Source: Parcubacteria group bacterium Licking1014_17
GTDB lineage: Bacteria; Patescibacteriota; Minisyncoccia; 2-02-FULL-40-12; IGHO2-01-FULL-4-A
Assembly (NCBI GenBank): GCA_007376485.1
Contig: VMGJ01000003.1
Span: 17,252-81,251 of the forward strand
DNA length: 64,000 nucleotides
Direction of reading: 5' to 3'
Part shown: positions 41,663 through 51,959 of the stretch, one piece after another
How positions within the stretch are numbered: position 1 is the first letter of the stretch
Layout: every line of letters begins with the position of its first letter
The notes under the pieces: generated by a model
Database searches by the model: none
What the model was told of the DNA's origin: nothing
What the model saw: the letters and a program-made list of their open reading frames with translations, nothing else
Made by a program: the position numbers and the translations under genes

Positions 41663-43411
41663 TTATTCGGCAAATTCTATACTAATATCTTTCGCGTCGG
41701 TCAGGGAAAAATAATAATTGGCGGTTTTCTTGTCGCCAAGACCCGAGTACGCCTTGCCTAAAATCAGCAAAACATCCCCATCCCTGGATTCTGCCTTAAT
41801 TTCACTGCCAATAAAAGAGATGGCTTCTTTCGGTTTGCCGGAATTAATTAGGCTTAAAGCGTATACTTTTGTCCGGTATAAACTCGGTTCTTTATGATAT
41901 AAATCCCCGAACAATTCCGCCGCTTCGCCGTATTTTTTCTGGAACATCAGGAGGCGGGCAAGATTCCATTCCGCCGTCTGGTATTCGGGATTAATCTCAA
42001 ACGCTTTTTTGTAATAAGATATGGCGTCGCCGATTCTGCCCTCATGGGCGGCTAACGCGCCTACGACGCTCAAAGTCGGCAAATGCTCGGGGTAAATTGA
42101 ATACGCCTGAATGGCTAAAGGATTGGCTTTATCCCACCGGTTGATTTTCATGTATTCCCGGGAAAGAAGCGCCATCGCATGAACGCTATTTGGCGACTGC
42201 GCCACGGCGCTTTCAAATAAGGTCACATTATTTAACCAATCATTATTGCGATTCACAGTAATAATGACATAAATAATACAAATAAGCCCCAAAAAAGGAT
42301 ATGAAAGATATCTGACCCATTTCTTCCGGGTAATATAAACAATGGTGGTGGCGGTTATAACGGCGATGCCTGCCGATGAAGCATAAAACATCCTTTCGGC
42401 CATTATTGTGCCGATAGGCAAAACGAAATTGGAAACTATAAAATAAAAAGCCAATAAAAGCGCCGCCCCCAGGCCCAGGGCGGTTTTTTTCGTCCGGTCC
42501 CCAAAAATCAGCAAAAGTAATCCGGCAAAAATAAGTAGGCCTAATATAACATAGAGATTAAAAAAATTATTAAGAACCGGAATTTGGTTGTAAGAATAAT
42601 CCGACGAGAGGTGGAATGGAATAAATGTTTTATAGATATAAAGAAGCATTATTTTTAAAGCCGTGAACACGCGCGCCGGCAAAGCCAAAGACGCCAGCGG
42701 GTTATAAACAAAAGCAACCTTAACCGAAAAAATATATTCCTTGAGCGCTATGTACCGCAGAATAAAATAAAGCGCTACCGCTCCCCAATACGGCGCTAAT
42801 TTGTAAAAAACTTCTTTTATGTTTTTGCCCTGACGGATCCACAGCCACCAGACGGCCACCGCTATCAGCCCCAGGCCGCTTTCTTTGGAAAGCATTCCCA
42901 ACAGAAAAAATACCGCCCCCGTCCAATATTTTTCTTTATCTAAAAACAACAGGCTTAAAAGCGAGAAAAATAAGATAAGAACATCCGCCCTACCGGAAAT
43001 GTATGTGACCCCCTCGGTATGTATGGGCATGACAGCGAATAAAATAGAAGATAGATAAGCCAGGCGTTCATCTGAAAACAATTTCCGAGCCAGGACGAAA
43101 ATCAAAAAAATATTCAAGCCGTGAATAATTATATTAACTACGTGGAAGCCGGCCGGATTTGAACCAAATAAATAATTAAAAGCGTAGGAGACCAGGGTGA
43201 AGGGCCTGTAAAGACCAGATTCCGGCTGGTTATAAAATGGTTTGAAAATAAGAGTGGGAATTGAACCTAAACTTCTAATATCCTGGTTTTTTTCTATGGA
43301 TGAATAATCATCAAGAACAAAACCGCCCCCTATGCCATTGCCAAATAAAATAAAGGCCAAAACTATGGCTCCCGTGCATATCAGTAATAGTTTTTTTCTG
43401 TCGGATTTCAT
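41663..43411 (-). CDS. PMT/ArnT-like GT-C membrane glycosyltransferase with C-terminal TPR repeats
   Basis: The N-terminal membrane domain carries a DDYSSIEKN...GLYRPFT loop. The C-terminal ~180 aa show TPR-like repeats (AIQAYSIYPEH..., YKKAFEINPEY..., LARLLMFQKKYGEAAELF). Confidence 0.6.
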   Translation of the reverse strand: MKSDRKKLLLICTGAIVLAFILFGNGIGGGFVLDDYSSIEKNQDIRSLGSIPTLIFKPFYNQPESGLYRPFTLVSYAFNYLFGSNPAGFHVVNIIIHGLNIFLIFVLARKLFSDERLAYLSSILFAVMPIHTEGVTYISGRADVLILFFSLLSLLFLDKEKYWTGAVFFLLGMLSKESGLGLIAVAVWWLWIRQGKNIKEVFYKLAPYWGAVALYFILRYIALKEYIFSVKVAFVYNPLASLALPARVFTALKIMLLYIYKTFIPFHLSSDYSYNQIPVLNNFFNLYVILGLLIFAGLLLLIFGDRTKKTALGLGAALLLAFYFIVSNFVLPIGTIMAERMFYASSAGIAVITATTIVYITRKKWVRYLSYPFLGLICIIYVIITVNRNNDWLNNVTLFESAVAQSPNSVHAMALLSREYMKINRWDKANPLAIQAYSIYPEHLPTLSVVGALAAHEGRIGDAISYYKKAFEINPEYQTAEWNLARLLMFQKKYGEAAELFGDLYHKEPSLYRTKVYALSLINSGKPKEAISFIGSEIKAESRDGDVLLILGKAYSGLGDKKTANYYFSLTDAKDISIEFAE

Positions 43412-43461
43412 TTTGGAATTGGCGCTTCCAAACCAAGGAATTATGTGATATTTTACATTAT

Positions 43462-44676
43462 ATGGGCTTAATTAGCAAATTGCCGGAACAAAATGTTGGC
43501 ATGAAAAAAAGGGTGCTTTTTATTGTAACGGTATCCGAGTGGGGCGGTGCCCAACAGTTTTTATTCAAGCTTATTCGGGGTTTATCCGGAAAAAATTTGG
43601 AATTTTTGGTGGCTGTGGGGAACGACGGGGACGGAACTTTTTACAATAAACTTGCCGGCATGATTAATGTCGTGACTTTAAAACAGCTAAAAAGAAATAT
43701 CAGTCCTGTCAGCGACATAAGGGCTCTTTGGGAAATCAAAAATCTGATTGAGCACTGGGAGCCGGACACGGTTTTTCTGAACAGCTCCATAGCGGGCTTC
43801 ATCGGTTCGGCGGCAGTCAGATTTTTGGTAAAGTCCCCCAAGCCCAGAGTTATCTATCGCATCGGCGGATGGGTTTTCAACGACCCCAAGCCAAAATGGG
43901 AACGATGGCTGTATATCTTGCTTGAAAAAATAAGCTCGCGCTGGAAAGACGTAATTGTCGTCAATAATCTGCCTGATTACAGACAAGCCGATAAATACGG
44001 GATTAAACCGCGTGAGAAACTGGAGTTGGTTTATAACGGCATTGATCCCTATACTTTAGACCTTCTCCCAAAAGAAGAAGCCCGTGGATTGATTCTTGAC
44101 CGCATCGCGAAAAAAACGCCCGCGGCTTACAACCCCGCCTATATTGTCGGGACAATAGCCAATTTTTATAAGACCAAGGGTCTTGAATACCTGGTCAGAA
44201 GCGCGAAATTGCTGCTTGATAAAATTAGAGAAAGAGATACCGGACTGAAAATTCTCTATGTAATAATCGGCGACGGCGAAGAGAGGATGAATCTGGAAAA
44301 AACGATAAAGGAGCTGAATCTCAAAGATAATGTCTTTTTATTCGGCAGAGTTGAAAACGCGCACCGTTACCTGCCGGCATTCGATGTTTTTGTTTTGCCG
44401 TCATTAAAAGAGGGTCATCCTTGGGCGCTTATTGAAGCAATGGCGGCGAAAATCCCCGCGGTTGTAACTTCCGTTGGGGCAAATATTGATATTATCGAAA
44501 ACGGGAAAAACGGGCTGTTAGTGCCCCCGGGAAATTCCGAAGCTCTCGCGGAAGCCGTTGAATTAATGCTCTTGAACGAACATTTAAGATTAAAAGTGGC
44601 TATCGGAGCCCATCAGACGATAGTCCTGAATTTCGACCTCAATAAAATGGTCTCAAGAATCGAATCCTTATTGTAG
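43462..44676 (+). CDS. GT4-family glycosyltransferase (probable true start at the MKKRVLFIV methionine, 43501)
   Basis: EGHPWALIEAMAAKIPAVVTSVGANIDIIENGKNGLLVP motif. Only plus-strand gene in this part of the locus; it diverges from the upstream operon. Confidence 0.7.
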   Translation: MGLISKLPEQNVGMKKRVLFIVTVSEWGGAQQFLFKLIRGLSGKNLEFLVAVGNDGDGTFYNKLAGMINVVTLKQLKRNISPVSDIRALWEIKNLIEHWEPDTVFLNSSIAGFIGSAAVRFLVKSPKPRVIYRIGGWVFNDPKPKWERWLYILLEKISSRWKDVIVVNNLPDYRQADKYGIKPREKLELVYNGIDPYTLDLLPKEEARGLILDRIAKKTPAAYNPAYIVGTIANFYKTKGLEYLVRSAKLLLDKIRERDTGLKILYVIIGDGEERMNLEKTIKELNLKDNVFLFGRVENAHRYLPAFDVFVLPSLKEGHPWALIEAMAAKIPAVVTSVGANIDIIENGKNGLLVPPGNSEALAEAVELMLLNEHLRLKVAIGAHQTIVLNFDLNKMVSRIESLL

Positions 44677-44677
44677 T

Positions 44678-45256
44678 CTAATAAGCAATACTAATTATCG
44701 TTTCGCCGGAGCATTGGGATTCGAATATTTTCAAGTCGCCGTTCACAAACTTGCCGTAAGTAACACGCGCGGTAAGAGAATATTGTTTATAGGGCGCAAT
44801 ATCCTTTTTCATGGTGGCGGTAATATCGTGCTCGCCATCGGGTATTTTCAGGCCTGAAAATATATTCGGACCGACATCAAAGTCCGCTCTGGGTTTAATG
44901 TCCCAGTAAACAAGCCTGCTCGGATGGTCTATATTTTTATAACTTATTTTCGCGTTCGTGCTCTGATAAGTATTTGGGGATATGTACGTAATAATGCCCG
45001 AAATCGAGCAGATTGCCGCGGGAAGATTGCCAATCATTGTATTGACGGGAACGGTCGGCATTGGTCTCGGGGATGTTGGGGCTGGCGAAGGACTCTTTGA
45101 GTCCGGCTTGGGCGGCGTACTGAATGAGATTATTGCTGATGGGTTCGGCGATTCCTCGGCAGGATTTTGTTCTTCTTTTGAAAAATAGGCTGCAATAATC
45201 AAGAAAACTCCCACTATCAAAACTAATAACCAAAATATTTTAATTCTGTTGCTCAT
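44678..45256 (-). CDS. signal-anchored secreted protein with Pro/Ser-rich linker, unknown function
   Basis: N-terminal hydrophobic helix. The PNPSAIISFSTPPKPDSKSPSPAPTSPRPMPT low-complexity linker is followed by a ~120-aa globular region. Confidence 0.5.
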   Translation of the reverse strand: MSNRIKIFWLLVLIVGVFLIIAAYFSKEEQNPAEESPNPSAIISFSTPPKPDSKSPSPAPTSPRPMPTVPVNTMIGNLPAAICSISGIITYISPNTYQSTNAKISYKNIDHPSRLVYWDIKPRADFDVGPNIFSGLKIPDGEHDITATMKKDIAPYKQYSLTARVTYGKFVNGDLKIFESQCSGETIISIAY

Positions 45257-45305
45257 AGCTTATTTAATACACAAAAAACATCAAAATACAAGCCGCCCCC
45301 CAACC

Positions 45306-45332
45306 AAAAACCGCCTTTCGGCGGTTTTTGGT
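45306..45332. terminator. bidirectional rho-independent terminator (copy 1)
   Basis: Perfect hairpin AAAACCGCC-tttc-GGCGGTTTT flanked by A- and T-tracts, immediately 3' of the 705-aa gene. Confidence 0.7.
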
Positions 45333-45368
45333 TTGCATAACCCCGTGTTGAGGTTATGGCGCCTATGC

Positions 45369-47486
45369 TTACAGCTTCGAGAATGTTGGACCGTTCATCG
45401 GGAGGGTTCTTAATATGCCGGCCGTTGAGCCCGTAGCTTGGTTACCAGACGTCCAATTGATTAAACCATTTTGATTATCTCTCAATGCCAACTGAAAGAA
45501 ATCTCTCCTATGGGGAAACCCCGAAAAATTAATTTCAATCCGATACGTTCTGGAACTTCCGGCGCTGATTTCAATATCGTTGCCCGGCGGCAAAAAATCC
45601 AGGATTAGCGGCGCATAAACATTGGGATTGTCCCCGGCTCCTCTTATCGTATCAACGCTTTTGATAGTGCCGTCACTCGCATCATAGGTGGTAGCGACCA
45701 AATCAGTCGCCGCAGAATCACCGGAAGCCACAGCGTCAAAAACAATCGAGCCCGCCGGCAATGAACTGTTATCAAGCCATAATACCGAGTCTGGCGCGCC
45801 CATTGCCGTTATCGTAAACTTAATAACATCATTGGTGTTAACGGGTTCATAGCCGCTGGTCGGTACCATATGAAATTCCGGATAAACCTGGTAAACATAT
45901 ATGTCATTGCTTTTTACGTCATTTATACCCGGAGAGGCGCCATTAAGAACCTGGCCTGAAATTTCGCCAACCGCCCGAAAACTGTCGGTAGTTGAACCTT
46001 TATAATTATCGGAGAAATCAATGGAAAAAAACTTATTATTGGTCGCACCCTGCGATTTGGTTTTGAGATCGGCTTTAACCAATAATTCAGCGGAGGAGTC
46101 CTTGGGTATGTAAGGTCTTGAGTCGCCGGTAAAGGCAAAAATAGCGACACCGCTCGAGTCCGGCATGGCATTTTGGGTCAACTCCTGGCCACTTTTGTTT
46201 TTATAAACAATAGTCGTGTTCGCTACATTGCCGGCAAAATTGATCTTCTCATTAGCGTCCAGCGGCGTGAGTGTTACGCGCTCGATAAAAAAAGCGTCGT
46301 TGCCGGAGGTCACTCTGAATCTGCTGAATTCCGTACCTGTCTGTCCCCAGAACTTAGCCCCGCGCGTTGGCGTCATGGGTGATTGTGAGATATTAAGGAT
46401 TCCAGAACTACCCACAGTTACAATTATCTTTGGGTTAGTAATCCCATTGGGCGGTGCGTCATATGATGCGTGTACTACTCCCCCGACATCATCCGTACCC
46501 GTAATATCCGTGGTAGATTCGATATCAAAGGATAGTGAATCGCTGGAACCAGAAGTGGCGTTTGATGATATATCCCCTTTTACTAATAACCTTTTCGTCG
46601 TACCAGCAGAGATAGTCCAATTGCACGCGCTAAACTGGATAGTGCTGACTGACAAGCTAAGGTTATTAGCCGTTATTATGCAATCCAAAGGCTTACTGGT
46701 ATCGCCTTCAAAAAGCCGAATGGCTGTTATCCTATCGCCTATTGATAAGCCATCATCATTTTGGGGCAGGCTTAGGGATTTCGCGAAAATCATTCCATCA
46801 TCCGAAATATAGCCGGTAAGTTTTATGTCGGTAACATTTACACTGGTACTATCCACGGCGGTAAAGTTTACGCCAAGCATTTCCACGTTGGTGGCCCCTT
46901 TTGCGTAGATTCCGGACTTGGGGTTATCCGCGGGAGTTAGAATTAGCGGACCGCTTAAAACGGGATTTTTCCTAACGACCTCCACTTTATTTACATAGAG
47001 AATCGGCTGGGAAAGTACCGAAGAGCCGGCCAGCAGGCGTATGGTCATTTTATGCCTGCCATCGGCAAAACTTACGCTCTGGCTGTATTTTTTCCACGTA
47101 GCGTTATTATCCACGGTGAAGGTCCGGTAGTTTCTCCCGTCAACTGACAATGCCATTTTAGGCCATTGCTTCAGGGTAGTCCCGGTAGGCTCACCCTCTG
47201 CATAAATATCAACGCTGTAACTCGCCGTGCTTTCAAAATCAAAAGTTTGGGACATCCAACTACTGCCTTTCATCATCACCGTCCCCGAGGCGGTTGATTG
47301 ACATTTAACATACCCGCTTTTTGATTCAATAAATTTGCAACCGCTGACTATGGTTGATGCGTCTTCGGCTGGTATTTGAATCAGCGCCAATTGTCTGCCG
47401 GGTATGTCGGTAAATCCGATAAACAAAAGAAACGCGGCAATAATAACCGCATAACCCGTAATTATAAGAAAATTTTTCTTAAACAT
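45369..47486 (-). CDS. large secreted/cell-surface protein (paralog of 47664..51317), beta-rich Thr/Ser/Gly/Asn-rich
   Basis: N-terminal signal anchor. Long collinear blocks are shared with the 1217-aa neighbour: AKFWGQTGTEFSRFR, SRPYIPKDSSAELLVKADLKTKS, FTITAMG. Both share the C-terminal motif LPMNGPTFSKL. Confidence 0.6.
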   Translation of the reverse strand: MFKKNFLIITGYAVIIAAFLLFIGFTDIPGRQLALIQIPAEDASTIVSGCKFIESKSGYVKCQSTASGTVMMKGSSWMSQTFDFESTASYSVDIYAEGEPTGTTLKQWPKMALSVDGRNYRTFTVDNNATWKKYSQSVSFADGRHKMTIRLLAGSSVLSQPILYVNKVEVVRKNPVLSGPLILTPADNPKSGIYAKGATNVEMLGVNFTAVDSTSVNVTDIKLTGYISDDGMIFAKSLSLPQNDDGLSIGDRITAIRLFEGDTSKPLDCIITANNLSLSVSTIQFSACNWTISAGTTKRLLVKGDISSNATSGSSDSLSFDIESTTDITGTDDVGGVVHASYDAPPNGITNPKIIVTVGSSGILNISQSPMTPTRGAKFWGQTGTEFSRFRVTSGNDAFFIERVTLTPLDANEKINFAGNVANTTIVYKNKSGQELTQNAMPDSSGVAIFAFTGDSRPYIPKDSSAELLVKADLKTKSQGATNNKFFSIDFSDNYKGSTTDSFRAVGEISGQVLNGASPGINDVKSNDIYVYQVYPEFHMVPTSGYEPVNTNDVIKFTITAMGAPDSVLWLDNSSLPAGSIVFDAVASGDSAATDLVATTYDASDGTIKSVDTIRGAGDNPNVYAPLILDFLPPGNDIEISAGSSRTYRIEINFSGFPHRRDFFQLALRDNQNGLINWTSGNQATGSTAGILRTLPMNGPTFSKL

Positions 47487-47600
47487 AAGTGTAACTTTTG
47501 GCCGGCAAGGCGGTTTTTATGCTACGTATCGCCGGCAAATTAGTTGTATGCCACTAATTATATATTAAAAAATAAAAAACTTATTCACAGATGGCAAACC

Positions 47601-47627
47601 AAAAACCGCCTTTCGGCGGTTTTTGGT
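47601..47627. terminator. bidirectional rho-independent terminator (copy 2)
   Basis: Same hairpin, 3' of the 1217-aa gene. Part of a ~110-bp near-identical duplicated block (45304-45414 / 47599-47699). Confidence 0.7.
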
Positions 47628-47663
47628 TTGCATAACCCCGTGTTGAGGTTATGGCGCCTATGC

Positions 47664-50600
47664 TTATAGCTTCGAGAGCGTTGGTCCGTTCATCGGGAGC
47701 AAGCGCAGCGTGCTGGTCGTTGAAGCAGTGTCGGCATCCGCAAGCGAACCGGCTGAATCAGCAACCCAGTTAATCAAGCCGTTTACGTCATCGCGCAAGA
47801 TCAATTGGAAGTAGTCTGATTTGTCATTGAAGCCGGAGAATCCAACTTCAATGCGGAATGTCTTGGATGTGCCACCCGAGATTTCAACGTCTTTGCCGGG
47901 CGACCCGAAGTCCAAAGTCAGCGACGCATAGTAAGACGGACTGTCGCCAACCGCGGAAATCGTGTCCGAACTGATAACCGAACCGTCGGCCATGTCATAG
48001 GTCGTAGCCGTCAGGTTTGTCGTTGTCGTATCACCCGAAGCGACGGCTTCAAACTTGATTGAGCCGGAACCAGTAGCAAGGTTGTCGAAGTACAGCTTGG
48101 AATCGGAAAGACCCATGGCTGTAATCGTGAACTTCAGCACGTCCTTGGTACCCAAAGGCTCGCCGGCGGAGATAGCCACCTGGTCAAGCTTTGGAAACAC
48201 ACGGTAGACGTACATATTGTTGCCTTGCTTGGCGGCAGCCGCGGCATCAATGATACCGGTTGACGCACCATCAATAACTTGGCTTGAGCCGGCGCCAATC
48301 GCTCTGAAACCGTTGGCGGTTGAACCGTTGTAGGTCTTAGAGAAGTCGATTGAGAAGGCAACGTTGTTGGTCGCGCCTGACGACTTGGTCTTCAGGTCCG
48401 CCTTCACAATAAGGTCGGCGCTCGAGTCCTTAGGAATATAAGGCCTGCTGGTGCCGGCAAACGCGAAGGAGACCGAACCAGCCGAGTTAGGCGAAGCGCT
48501 CTGGGTCAGAAGGTTACCGAGAGCATCGGTGTAAGTCACCGAAATGTTATTCACATTATTAACCTCGTTGGTTGATTCACCCGAAGCGCTGGCAATCAAC
48601 GTGAAGCGTTCAATGTAGAAAGCCTCATTCGTAGAAGTCAGCCTGAATCTGCTGAATTCGGTGCCGGTCTGGCCCCAATACTTAGCTTCTTGAGACGGGG
48701 TGGATGGCGATAGCGAAATCGTCATGGAGCCGGTATTGTTGACCCTTATTTTCACAGTCGGCGATGCGGCGGCGCCGTTCGGAAGAGTCGCGTCCGCGTT
48801 CACCGTCTGGCTGGAATCGTCAAGGGCTGTTATATCGGTCGTAGCGGCGACATTAAACGCTATGCCGTCATACGTACTGGACGGAGTGTTCGTCGAGAGG
48901 TCGCCCTTAACCAAGAGTTTCTTGGTCGCGCCGGCAGGAATAGACCAGTTGCAGTTGTTGAACTGAATGGTGCTTGTTGACGAACTTAGATTGTTTGCAA
49001 CCATGACGCAGGATAACGCTGTCCCTGCATCGCCGTCGTACAGCTTAACTCCCGACACTAGATTGCCGACTGACATTGTGGCATCGGCGTCGGATAGGCC
49101 CAGCGACTTGGCGAAGGTCGAGTTGTCATCCGAAACATAACCGGTAAGAGTTATATCGGTGACTTTCAGACTTGAACCAAGAGCCGCCTTGAAGGTCAAG
49201 CCAAGCAAATCAACATTGGCAGTTCCCTTAACATAGGTCGAGCTCTTTGGGTCGCCGGCAAGACCGAGCGTCAATGACGATGTTGAAACCGTCATAGCAT
49301 TGCCGCTTATATCACCGGACGGACTAAAGTCAGCCAAAACGACGGCAGTGTTGGTGCCGCTGTACTTGGCAACAGTCAAGTCGCCGGATGAAGTAGCAAG
49401 AGTGCCGTAGCCGTAGAGAATCGCTTTGATAATACTGTTGTTGGCTATGGCAAGAGTTCCGCTGTTAGATGTCTTGAGGTCGGCGGTTACCTGAAGGGTC
49501 TTGGTCTCTCCGGTAAGCATTTCCATGGTATCAGTGAAATCCTTATAGAGACCGTTCTTGGAACCCGGGCAGGCCGCTGTTATAGCGATAAAGGCAGAAC
49601 CGTCGGAAGGACCGACAAAAACCGTACCCGTGCTCTTGTCTTTAACCTTGATGTCTTCAAGGTCGGTAACGTTTTGCGCCGCGCTGTAGTCATCATAAGT
49701 GCCATCGCCGTTGATGTCCGTGCAGATAACGATTCTGTGCTTTTTTAGCTCAATGGCCTTAGCGGCATTGATTGTGTATTCTAACAGCACATTATCCTGC
49801 GAATTGTCGGCAATATTGGAAGCCGAAGGACCGGAAAAACTCAAAGTGATTACTCCGCCTTGCAGTGTTATGGCATCAGCATCGGATGCGGTCTCAAGCC
49901 CGTTATTGGCCGAAGATAAAGCCATACCAAAACCATATTGATCGCCAACAACATAAACATCAGAATTCAGCTCAAAGTAGAGCTCAACTGTCTCGGCTTT
50001 CTTGCCGCCCAAGTTTCCGTAAACCTGGAATATTTTGTTGTTGCCTTTCTCAATCTTCACGCCCGAACCGAGGTCAAACACCACATAGCCGTTTGACATA
50101 TAACCATCGGCTACTTTCGAACCGCCGGTTTCAAGCGCTAGGCCGGTGATGTCGGCATCCTTTACGGTGCCGTTGTTAATTAATCTCAATCCCCTTACCC
50201 AGCCGGCTTCCGTGGCAGTCGTAATCTTGAATTCGGAAAGTTTGACATGCTGGGCTCCGACATTCGGATTGGAAAGCGAGCCCGATTTGGCAACAGTAAG
50301 AGTGCCACCGTCGCTTCCCGACATTGTGAAGTTAGCGCCAACAATCGGGAAATATCCGCCAAGCGTGCCCGAGGACAAAATTACGTCACCGGACGAAACA
50401 ATATCGAAGTGATTAACATTTCCCCCGGTCGCACTGAGGTCGGCTTTAACTGTAAGGTCTTTTGTGCCATTAACCGAGATGCCCAAGCTGACAAAAGTAA
50501 CCTTACCTGTTGACGAAGACAAACTTTTACCTGAAGTCAGACGGTTGGAACCATCATAGATGTAAACGTTGTCAATATCATCTACGGAACCAGCACCATT

Positions 50601-51317
50601 GCGAGTGATTGTAATGCTGGAAACAGTGCCGGTACCGGTCAATCTGATCTTGGTAAAAGCGATGCCTTGGGCGTTCTTGGTAACGGTTTGACCAGCCGGA
50701 GTGTCGGGAGATAAAGCAACATTAACATTCCCCGCTACCGGCGGTATTGTTGAACCCGGTGTTCTTGTGTAAACGGGAATCTGCGACAAAGAGGTATAAG
50801 GAGTTGAGCTTTTCGGGTACCAACTTTCCTCCCTTGTATTTATGCAGAATACTTTCTTGAAGAAATCGGGGTCTTGCGCCACCGCGTCGCCGCCAGTCAT
50901 CTGGACGGGGTGAAATACGCCGGTATCTTCGCCGGTTACTTCAACCGCCCAAACTTGCTGGGCATTGGTTTCACAATTTCGATACAACCCAGAGGTCGGG
51001 AAAGCATCTCTGACCGTGGGGGTAACATTCTTAACATTGGCAAAACCGCCCAAGTGGGCGTACATGCCAAATATGGCAGGATTCAAAAACAATCTCTTGA
51101 ATCCCAAGTCGTTGACAATATAGACGTCCGGATCGCTGGAGCCGGCAGCACTGATAGTGTTGCCCTCTGTTAATCCGTAGTCGCTCGGTTTGGCTGCGCC
51201 AGCATTTCTGGCTGTCACAAAGATCAAACCGACGGCGAGCACAACGACAAACGCCGCCGCTATAAACGGTAATGATTTTCTTAAATTACTCATGTGTATT
51301 ATTATTTCCATTCTCAT
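47664..51317 (-). CDS. very large secreted/cell-surface protein (1217 aa; probable true start at the MSNLRKSLPFIAAAFVV methionine, 51293)
   Basis: Signal-peptide-like N-terminus. Repetitive beta-rich T/S/G/N composition. C-terminal third is paralogous to the 705-aa protein and ends LPMNGPTLSKL. Confidence 0.6.
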   Translation of the reverse strand: MRMEIIIHMSNLRKSLPFIAAAFVVVLAVGLIFVTARNAGAAKPSDYGLTEGNTISAAGSSDPDVYIVNDLGFKRLFLNPAIFGMYAHLGGFANVKNVTPTVRDAFPTSGLYRNCETNAQQVWAVEVTGEDTGVFHPVQMTGGDAVAQDPDFFKKVFCINTREESWYPKSSTPYTSLSQIPVYTRTPGSTIPPVAGNVNVALSPDTPAGQTVTKNAQGIAFTKIRLTGTGTVSSITITRNGAGSVDDIDNVYIYDGSNRLTSGKSLSSSTGKVTFVSLGISVNGTKDLTVKADLSATGGNVNHFDIVSSGDVILSSGTLGGYFPIVGANFTMSGSDGGTLTVAKSGSLSNPNVGAQHVKLSEFKITTATEAGWVRGLRLINNGTVKDADITGLALETGGSKVADGYMSNGYVVFDLGSGVKIEKGNNKIFQVYGNLGGKKAETVELYFELNSDVYVVGDQYGFGMALSSANNGLETASDADAITLQGGVITLSFSGPSASNIADNSQDNVLLEYTINAAKAIELKKHRIVICTDINGDGTYDDYSAAQNVTDLEDIKVKDKSTGTVFVGPSDGSAFIAITAACPGSKNGLYKDFTDTMEMLTGETKTLQVTADLKTSNSGTLAIANNSIIKAILYGYGTLATSSGDLTVAKYSGTNTAVVLADFSPSGDISGNAMTVSTSSLTLGLAGDPKSSTYVKGTANVDLLGLTFKAALGSSLKVTDITLTGYVSDDNSTFAKSLGLSDADATMSVGNLVSGVKLYDGDAGTALSCVMVANNLSSSTSTIQFNNCNWSIPAGATKKLLVKGDLSTNTPSSTYDGIAFNVAATTDITALDDSSQTVNADATLPNGAAASPTVKIRVNNTGSMTISLSPSTPSQEAKYWGQTGTEFSRFRLTSTNEAFYIERFTLIASASGESTNEVNNVNNISVTYTDALGNLLTQSASPNSAGSVSFAFAGTSRPYIPKDSSADLIVKADLKTKSSGATNNVAFSIDFSKTYNGSTANGFRAIGAGSSQVIDGASTGIIDAAAAAKQGNNMYVYRVFPKLDQVAISAGEPLGTKDVLKFTITAMGLSDSKLYFDNLATGSGSIKFEAVASGDTTTTNLTATTYDMADGSVISSDTISAVGDSPSYYASLTLDFGSPGKDVEISGGTSKTFRIEVGFSGFNDKSDYFQLILRDDVNGLINWVADSAGSLADADTASTTSTLRLLPMNGPTLSKL

Positions 51318-51959
51318 CGCCAGCAGGATTTATAATCCTGATGCCGACAAGAGATTAATCCCTAACGCCTTTACGGGTTCTCTCTGTTATGTTCAGTTGC
51401 AAACCCGGAGTCTGGCCGCGTTATCGCTGGAAGCTGTTTTAATAGTTTTTATATTGCAGCTGCCAGTCTTGCCCCGACCGCTTAAGACTCTTATTTGGGA
51501 ACCTTATAAATTAACTCCTGGCATTCCAAACAACATTCATCAGATTTTAAGCCATTTTCTAGCCAGCCTCGAATATCGGTTTTTAGCCCATATCCGGGGC
51601 AGACTAGTAAAAAACTCACCTCTTTTAGGCTACTAAAAACAATCCAATAATCGCGTAAATTATAGATTTTTTCATCTTTTTACCCGTTTGCTCTTGCAGA
51701 TAATATCAAAACTCTTCCGCGCAGTCAACCAAAAAGACACGACTGTCCGCGGCTAATATTATCATTTACCTAACTACAAACAGTGACGTGTAAGGGTTTC
51801 AAACCTTACACCACACATACTATATTGGCCCCGAAACTGCTATTTATTATAACAACTAACAAATAGCTTTAAAATACTTTCAAGCCCAAAATTGTGGATA
51901 ATTGCAAATAATCACATAATCGAGGCACTGCTAATGACGTCGGGGTACCCGTAAAGATA

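Noticed and set aside
47664-47700. C-terminal LPMNGPTLSKL as a sortase LPxTG cell-wall sorting signal
   Set aside because: The motif is followed immediately by the stop codon. There is no hydrophobic membrane-spanning segment or positively charged tail, and no sortase gene in the window. I reported it as a conserved C-terminal motif of unknown function.
51892-51901. Perfect DnaA-box 9-mer TGTGGATAA interpreted as chromosomal oriC
   Set aside because: A single perfect 9-mer is expected about once by chance in 2×64 kb. There is no dnaA/dnaN nearby and no box cluster. I kept it only as supporting context in the finding on 51637-52096.
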